Below are positions 59,303 to 64,000 of a DNA stretch of 64,000 bases, piece by piece. The first letter of the stretch is position 1; the number at the start of each line of letters is the position of its first letter. Both the position numbers and the translations under genes were made by a program. The stretch is from Syntrophaceae bacterium (GTDB taxonomy: Bacteria; Desulfobacterota; Syntrophia; Syntrophales; Smithellaceae). The stretch covers positions 128,098-192,097 of the forward strand of contig JAHDKI010000001.1 in assembly GCA_018436925.1 (NCBI GenBank), in the 5' to 3' direction. Under the pieces are notes generated by a model, which saw only the letters and a list, made by a program, of their open reading frames with translations, searched no databases and was not told the origin of the DNA.

Positions 59303-60261
59303 AGTTTCACCTCTTCAACGTAAAGTTTTGCCAGCGCGGAGGAATCAATCGAGCCGGAAACGATTTCGCAAATGGATCCTTCATTGGTTTCATTGTCGCC
59401 GAAAAAAGAAAGGACTTTAATGGTTGCCACTTCTTTGCCCGGGAGCGTGATTTCCATTCCCGTCTGCCGGCTTTTGACCTTTTGGCCTGCCGCCATGACC
59501 CTTAGCGTATCGCCCTGCTTGATCCCCTGACGCGAGCCGCCGCTGATGAAAACCCTTCCTTTCTCCACGTCCAGAATATCCGTGCGCCACGGTTTGTCTT
59601 CAAGAGTGGAAACCAGTTTATCGATCATATCGGTTATCGCTGCCGCGATGGCCTTGTCGTTCAATGTCGCGTCGTAGGAGGCTCTGCTGCCGTAGCCGGC
59701 AATCTCGCCGACTTCCGTGCTTGCTTCACCGGCTCCCGAGGCAGTGTAAAAAGCCTGCCCCGTTTTGATATCGACAAGCCGAACTTCCACTTTGGCTTTT
59801 GCGGTCTGAACTTTGGTGGAGCTCATGAATCCGACTTTGCCGGCGATCGATCGGCCGAATTCCGTGACGGATCCGACAATCACCGTGTCTACGCCGACGA
59901 GGCCGCCGCCGGAGATGCCCTGTTCCTGCTGGATCTTCTTGAGATCGGAGCGTTCAAAAACCAGGAAGTTTCCCGATTTGACCAGGCGGCTGGCCAGCAT
60001 ATCGGAGGCCTGCTTTCCCAATCTGTCAAAATCGGCGTCCGTCATCAAGGCCTTGCCGTAATTGGTTTCGTTGGTAAAGCGAACAATCGCAATTTTGCGT
60101 TTGTACCTTTTTGCCGAAGGCATGGCCGCGTCCTGCTGGGCTTGGATCTGCTGTGTTTGAGTTGCCGGCGCTTCGGCTTTTTCGAGCTTGTAGGATTCGG
60201 GTGTGGCGCAGCCGAAAACAAAGCATAAAAGCAGGCATGACAAGAAAAAAACTCTGCGCAT
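59299..60261 (-). CDS. CsgG/HfaB family lipoprotein
   Basis: FGC lipobox, KRKIAIVRFTNET.YG, F.VFER.DL, GSVTEFGR; ATG 60261 after AAGGAGG. Confidence 0.88.
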   Translation of the reverse strand: MRRVFFLSCLLLCFVFGCATPESYKLEKAEAPATQTQQIQAQQDAAMPSAKRYKRKIAIVRFTNETNYGKALMTDADFDRLGKQASDMLASRLVKSGNFLVFERSDLKKIQQEQGISGGGLVGVDTVIVGSVTEFGRSIAGKVGFMSSTKVQTAKAKVEVRLVDIKTGQAFYTASGAGEASTEVGEIAGYGSRASYDATLNDKAIAAAITDMIDKLVSTLEDKPWRTDILDVEKGRVFISGGSRQGIKQGDTLRVMAAGQKVKSRQTGMEITLPGKEVATIKVLSFFGDNETNEGSICEIVSGSIDSSALAKLYVEEVKL

Positions 60262-60331
60262 AAACTGAACCTCCTTGTTTTTCTGGTTCTCTGAAGTGGA
60301 AATGTGTTTGGCGTATCGCAAGTTGTTGCGA

Positions 60332-60360
60332 ATTCTAATAAACATCGGAATATCTGTCAA
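60332..60360 (-). promoter_or_regulatory. putative sigma-70 promoter of CsgG operon
   Basis: TTGACA-17 bp-TAGAAT. Confidence 0.6.
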
Positions 60361-60477
60361 CGGAAAAACTCTTTTGGGTGGTTGAAAGAGGGGATGCGAG
60401 GCGGTTTCAGGCAGGGTCACATTAATGAAAGAGGGTCTTTTGAATCGAAACTGAGAGGGTTCGAAAATCCGGCTGTG

Positions 60478-61368
60478 TTATGAATTCAGAATCTGTCCGA
60501 TTTTCTCATCCTTCTTTGTCCAAAGATCGTTAAGCCATTGATTGAAGCGGTCTTTGTAGGCCGGATCATCCGGTTCCCGGCCGAGCAGGCTTGAAGGAAT
60601 CGGCACTATCGAAAGCTTCACGACAATCCGGGTTTTCGCGCTGCGGAAGAACTTCCAAAGCGTTTCCACGCCGTCGGGATAGACAATGGCGACATCAATC
60701 ACTTTGCGCATGTTTTGTCCCATCACGGACAGAACATACGAAATGCCGCCTGAGCGGGGTTTCAGGAGGTGGCGATAAGGTGAGTTTTGTTTTGCGTGCT
60801 TCGCGGGTGTAAAGCGCGTTCCCTCAACGAAGTTCATAATGGAAGCCGGCCTGTCTCGAAATTTCGCGCAGGCTTTTTTCGTCGCTTCAATGTCTTTTCC
60901 CTTCAAATGCGGTTTCTTTCTTAAGGTTTCGGAGGAATAGCGCTTCATGAAAGGGTAATCCAGCGCCCACCAGGCCAGGCCCAGGATGGGCATCCAGATG
61001 AGTTCCTGTTTGAGAAAGTATTTCAAAAAAGGGATGCGGCCGTGAAAGATTTTCTGAAGGACGAAAATATCAACCATCGTTTGATGATTCGAGATGACCA
61101 GATACCACTCATGAAGCCGAAGGTCTTCAAGCCCCGAGACGTCATATTCCACTTGCTTCATAAGACCGATGAAGCCGTTGATGCAGTAGATCCAGGCATA
61201 ACAAAGAAAGTTCAGAATCGTATCCAGACATTTCCGCGGTGTGCGAAAGGGCAGAATCAGCTTGAAGAAAGCGGTGATATAAACCGGAACCGCCCAGAAC
61301 AAGGTATTGACCACCAGAAAGGTCACGATGACGACGCCCCGCAGGGCGCCCACCAGAGTTGTCAGCAT
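60478..61368 (-). CDS. acyltransferase (PlsC/YihG-like)
   Basis: NHQTMVDI (HX4D), FLKQELIW, FVEGTRFT, LLKPR.GG. Confidence 0.9.
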   Translation of the reverse strand: MLTTLVGALRGVVIVTFLVVNTLFWAVPVYITAFFKLILPFRTPRKCLDTILNFLCYAWIYCINGFIGLMKQVEYDVSGLEDLRLHEWYLVISNHQTMVDIFVLQKIFHGRIPFLKYFLKQELIWMPILGLAWWALDYPFMKRYSSETLRKKPHLKGKDIEATKKACAKFRDRPASIMNFVEGTRFTPAKHAKQNSPYRHLLKPRSGGISYVLSVMGQNMRKVIDVAIVYPDGVETLWKFFRSAKTRIVVKLSIVPIPSSLLGREPDDPAYKDRFNQWLNDLWTKKDEKIGQILNS

Positions 61369-61520
61369 CGGCTTATGTCCCTATAGTCTTCCCAGAGTTC
61401 CAGATCGGAACAATTGGGTCTTGTGAGCCGGCTATACGATAGCGCCAGGCACATAAACAATTTTGACAGCCATAACTCAACGCAGTTTTCAATAAAATTA
61501 TGTAAAGGCTGGCGAACTTG

Positions 61521-64000
61521 CTACTTTGCCAGCAGCTTTTCGATCTCCTTAAAAATCTTGCTCAGATTCTCCGGCTCGGTGCCGCCGGCCTGGGCCATGT
61601 CTGGCCTGCCGCCGCCTTTGCCGCCGACAATCGGGGCGAGCTCCTTAATGATGTTTCCGGCATGAAACTTATTGGCGAGGTCTTTGGTGACCATGCACAA
61701 AAGCATCGCCTTGTCGTCGGCCTTGCCGCCCAGAAGCATGACGCCGGAGCCGAGCTTATCGCGCAGCTTGTCGCCGAAATCGCGCAGGGTTTTGGCATCC
61801 GATATGGCCACTTCCGCGGCCAGCACTTTGACGCCCGCGATTTCCCTGACCTGTCCCATCAGGTCGCCGGAATCTTTCGCGGCGAGCTTGCCTTTTAAGG
61901 CTTCGATTTCTTTTTCCAGATCGCGCACGGACTTCAGAAGCTTTTCGGCGCGATCATACACTTCCAGGTGTCCGGCCTTAAAGAGCCCCGCCGTGCGCTT
62001 GAGTTCTTCTTCCGCTTTCTGAATGTGGGCCAAAGCTTCCCTGCCGGTGACGGCTTCGAGCCTTCGCACGCCCGCGGCGATGGCCGATTCATGCACGATT
62101 TTCAAAAGGCCGATGTCGCCAGTGCGCTCCACATGCGTGCCGCCGCAAAGCTCCATGCTCATCTCGCCCATCTTGACGATGCGGACGGTCGCCCCGTATT
62201 TTTCGTCGAAGACGGCCGTCGCGCCGGTTTTGAGCGCGTCTTCGAGCGAACAGACTTCCGTCTGCACTGGCAGGTTTTTACGGATCATGTCGTTGGCGAT
62301 CGTTTCCACACGCAGCAATTCTTCATCGGATATTTTGGAAAAATGCGAAAAGTCGAAACGCAGGCGCTCGGGGGTCACCAATGATCCGGACTGTTTGATG
62401 TGATCGCCCAAAACGGCCTTGAGCGCGGCCTGAAGAAGATGCGTGCCGGAGTGATTGGCGGCGATGGCTTTGCGCCTTTCCAGATCGACAACCAGCCTGG
62501 TTTTCGCGCCGACGGCGATCTCGCCTTTCTGAACCATGCCTTTGTGCACGATGAAATTTTCCACCGGCTTTTTGGTGTCTTTCACGACGAAGCTGAAGCC
62601 CTCGCCTTCGAGGTAGCCCGTGTCGCCCGTCTGGCCGCCGGACTCTCCGTAAAACGGCGTGGTGTCCAGGACGATTTCCGCCTTCTGGCCTTCGCGCGCG
62701 GTTTGCGCCGGGTTTCCATCCACAAAAATCGCCGTGATGGAGGCCTCGTCTTTTTGGACCGCTTCATAGCCGCAAAAGGCGCTGACCACGCCGGAGCTCG
62801 ATGCTTTGAGGTAGCAGGCAGCCACGGCTTCTTCGCCGCTGCCTTTCCAGGCGCCGCGGGCGCGCTCGCGCTGGCGTTCCATTTCCGCTTCAAAGCCGTC
62901 CGTATCGAGTGTGAGGCCGTCTTTCTTGACAATGTCCGCCGTGAGATCGGTGGGAAAGCCGAATGTGTCATAGAGCTTGAAAATGACGGAACCCGGCAAA
63001 ACGGTTTTCCCGGATTTTTTCACCGCCTCGGTTTCGTCGTGCAAAATACGCAGGCCTTGATCGAGCGTTTCCATGAACCGCTGCTCTTCGTTTAAAATCA
63101 CCTTGGTAATGTAGGGGGCCTTGTCGGCCAGATCCGGATAGGTGTATTTCATCATGTCGATGACGACTTTCGCGGCTTCATTTAAAAACGGTTTGTCGAT
63201 GCCCAGCATTTTGCCGTGGCGCGCGGCGCGGCGCAGGATGCGGCGAAGCACATAGCCTCGTCCGTCGTTTGCGGGCATAATGCCGTCGCCGATCAAAAAG
63301 GTGACGGCGCGGCTGTGATCCGCAATGACGCGAATAGAGATATCGTTCTCGGCGTTTTTGCCGTAGGTCTTGCCGGAGATTTTTTCCACAAAGCGGATGA
63401 TCGGCGTAAATAAGTCCGTATCGTAATTGCTTTTCACGCCCTGGATGACGGCGGTGAGACGTTCAAGCCCCATGCCCGTGTCGATGCTCGGTTTGGCCAG
63501 CGGCGTGAGCTTGCCGGTTTCGTCACGGTCGAACTGCGTAAAGACGTTGTTCCAGATTTCCAGGTGCCGGTCGCAATCGCAATGCACGTCGCATTCGGGC
63601 CGCCCGCATCCCGTGTCCTTGCCCTGGTCGTAAAGAATTTCCGAGCAGGGCCCGCAGGGCCCGGTTTCGCCCATCATCCAGAAATTGCTTTTTTCGCCCA
63701 TGCGGACGATGCGCTCGGCCGGAACCTTCATTTTTTCATGCCAGATTTTAAAAGCCTCGTCATCGTTTTCAAATATCGTGATCCAGAGCTTGTCCTTGGG
63801 GAGTTTGACGACATCGATCAGGTATTCCCAGGCCCAGGCGATGGCTTCTTCCTTGAAATAGTCGCCGAAAGAGAAGTTTCCCAGCATTTCGAAAAAAGTG
63901 TGGTGACGCGCTGTGACGCCGACGTTTTCCAGATCGTTGTGCTTGCCGCCGGCCCGTGCGCATTTCTGACAGGTGGCCGCTTTCGTGTAGCCGCGGTTTT
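61521..64000 (-). CDS. alaS: alanine-tRNA ligase (5' end outside window)
   Basis: Frame open to window edge: QKCARAGGKHNDLENVG.TARHHTFFEMLGNFSFGDYFK, GPCGPCSEI, ELCGGTHV, GGKGGGRPDMAQAGG. Confidence 0.98.
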   Translation of the reverse strand, partial: NRGYTKAATCQKCARAGGKHNDLENVGVTARHHTFFEMLGNFSFGDYFKEEAIAWAWEYLIDVVKLPKDKLWITIFENDDEAFKIWHEKMKVPAERIVRMGEKSNFWMMGETGPCGPCSEILYDQGKDTGCGRPECDVHCDCDRHLEIWNNVFTQFDRDETGKLTPLAKPSIDTGMGLERLTAVIQGVKSNYDTDLFTPIIRFVEKISGKTYGKNAENDISIRVIADHSRAVTFLIGDGIMPANDGRGYVLRRILRRAARHGKMLGIDKPFLNEAAKVVIDMMKYTYPDLADKAPYITKVILNEEQRFMETLDQGLRILHDETEAVKKSGKTVLPGSVIFKLYDTFGFPTDLTADIVKKDGLTLDTDGFEAEMERQRERARGAWKGSGEEAVAACYLKASSSGVVSAFCGYEAVQKDEASITAIFVDGNPAQTAREGQKAEIVLDTTPFYGESGGQTGDTGYLEGEGFSFVVKDTKKPVENFIVHKGMVQKGEIAVGAKTRLVVDLERRKAIAANHSGTHLLQAALKAVLGDHIKQSGSLVTPERLRFDFSHFSKISDEELLRVETIANDMIRKNLPVQTEVCSLEDALKTGATAVFDEKYGATVRIVKMGEMSMELCGGTHVERTGDIGLLKIVHESAIAAGVRRLEAVTGREALAHIQKAEEELKRTAGLFKAGHLEVYDRAEKLLKSVRDLEKEIEALKGKLAAKDSGDLMGQVREIAGVKVLAAEVAISDAKTLRDFGDKLRDKLGSGVMLLGGKADDKAMLLCMVTKDLANKFHAGNIIKELAPIVGGKGGGRPDMAQAGGTEPENLSKIFKEIEKLLAK

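Noticed and set aside
1-64000. tRNA, rRNA, CRISPR array, transposase or integrase
   Set aside because: No regularly spaced repeats, cloverleaf signatures or recombinase motifs were seen by eye; a computational scan could still find weak cases.

Overview
Gene-dense bacterial chromosomal segment, mostly GC-rich. Gene content (MvhD, flavoprotein-SCP2 fusion, CFI-box and PEP-CTERM proteins) suggests an anaerobic deltaproteobacterial/Syntrophales-like organism; this is inference only. Housekeeping genes (hisC, lon, hsp20, typA, ndh-like, partial alaS) are interspersed with accessory modules. The main find is a complete lasso-peptide (RiPP) cluster on the minus strand at about 44.1-53.5 kb: RRE/B1, cyclase, HPr-type kinase, sulfotransferase, B2 protease, ABC exporter and nucleotidyltransferase. 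Its 56-aa precursor gene (51000-51170) is missing from the ORF track and was read by hand (leader ...WKAPKL...ETS, predicted core SGGVPSLEDGGGWAS). An opposite-strand, AT-rich PEP-CTERM cassette with a sigma-54 promoter and two enhancer boxes interrupts the cluster. Other notable items: a close homolog of animal guanidinoacetate methyltransferase paired with a CapK-like ligase beside a polysaccharide operon, a radical SAM + two-sulfotransferase operon, an mvhD-double-cubane protein-yedF-DUF3343 operon, a frameshifted putative Cys/His hydrolase, and candidate structured RNAs. No rRNA, tRNA, CRISPR array or transposase was recognised. All product calls come from motif recognition by eye, not database searches.
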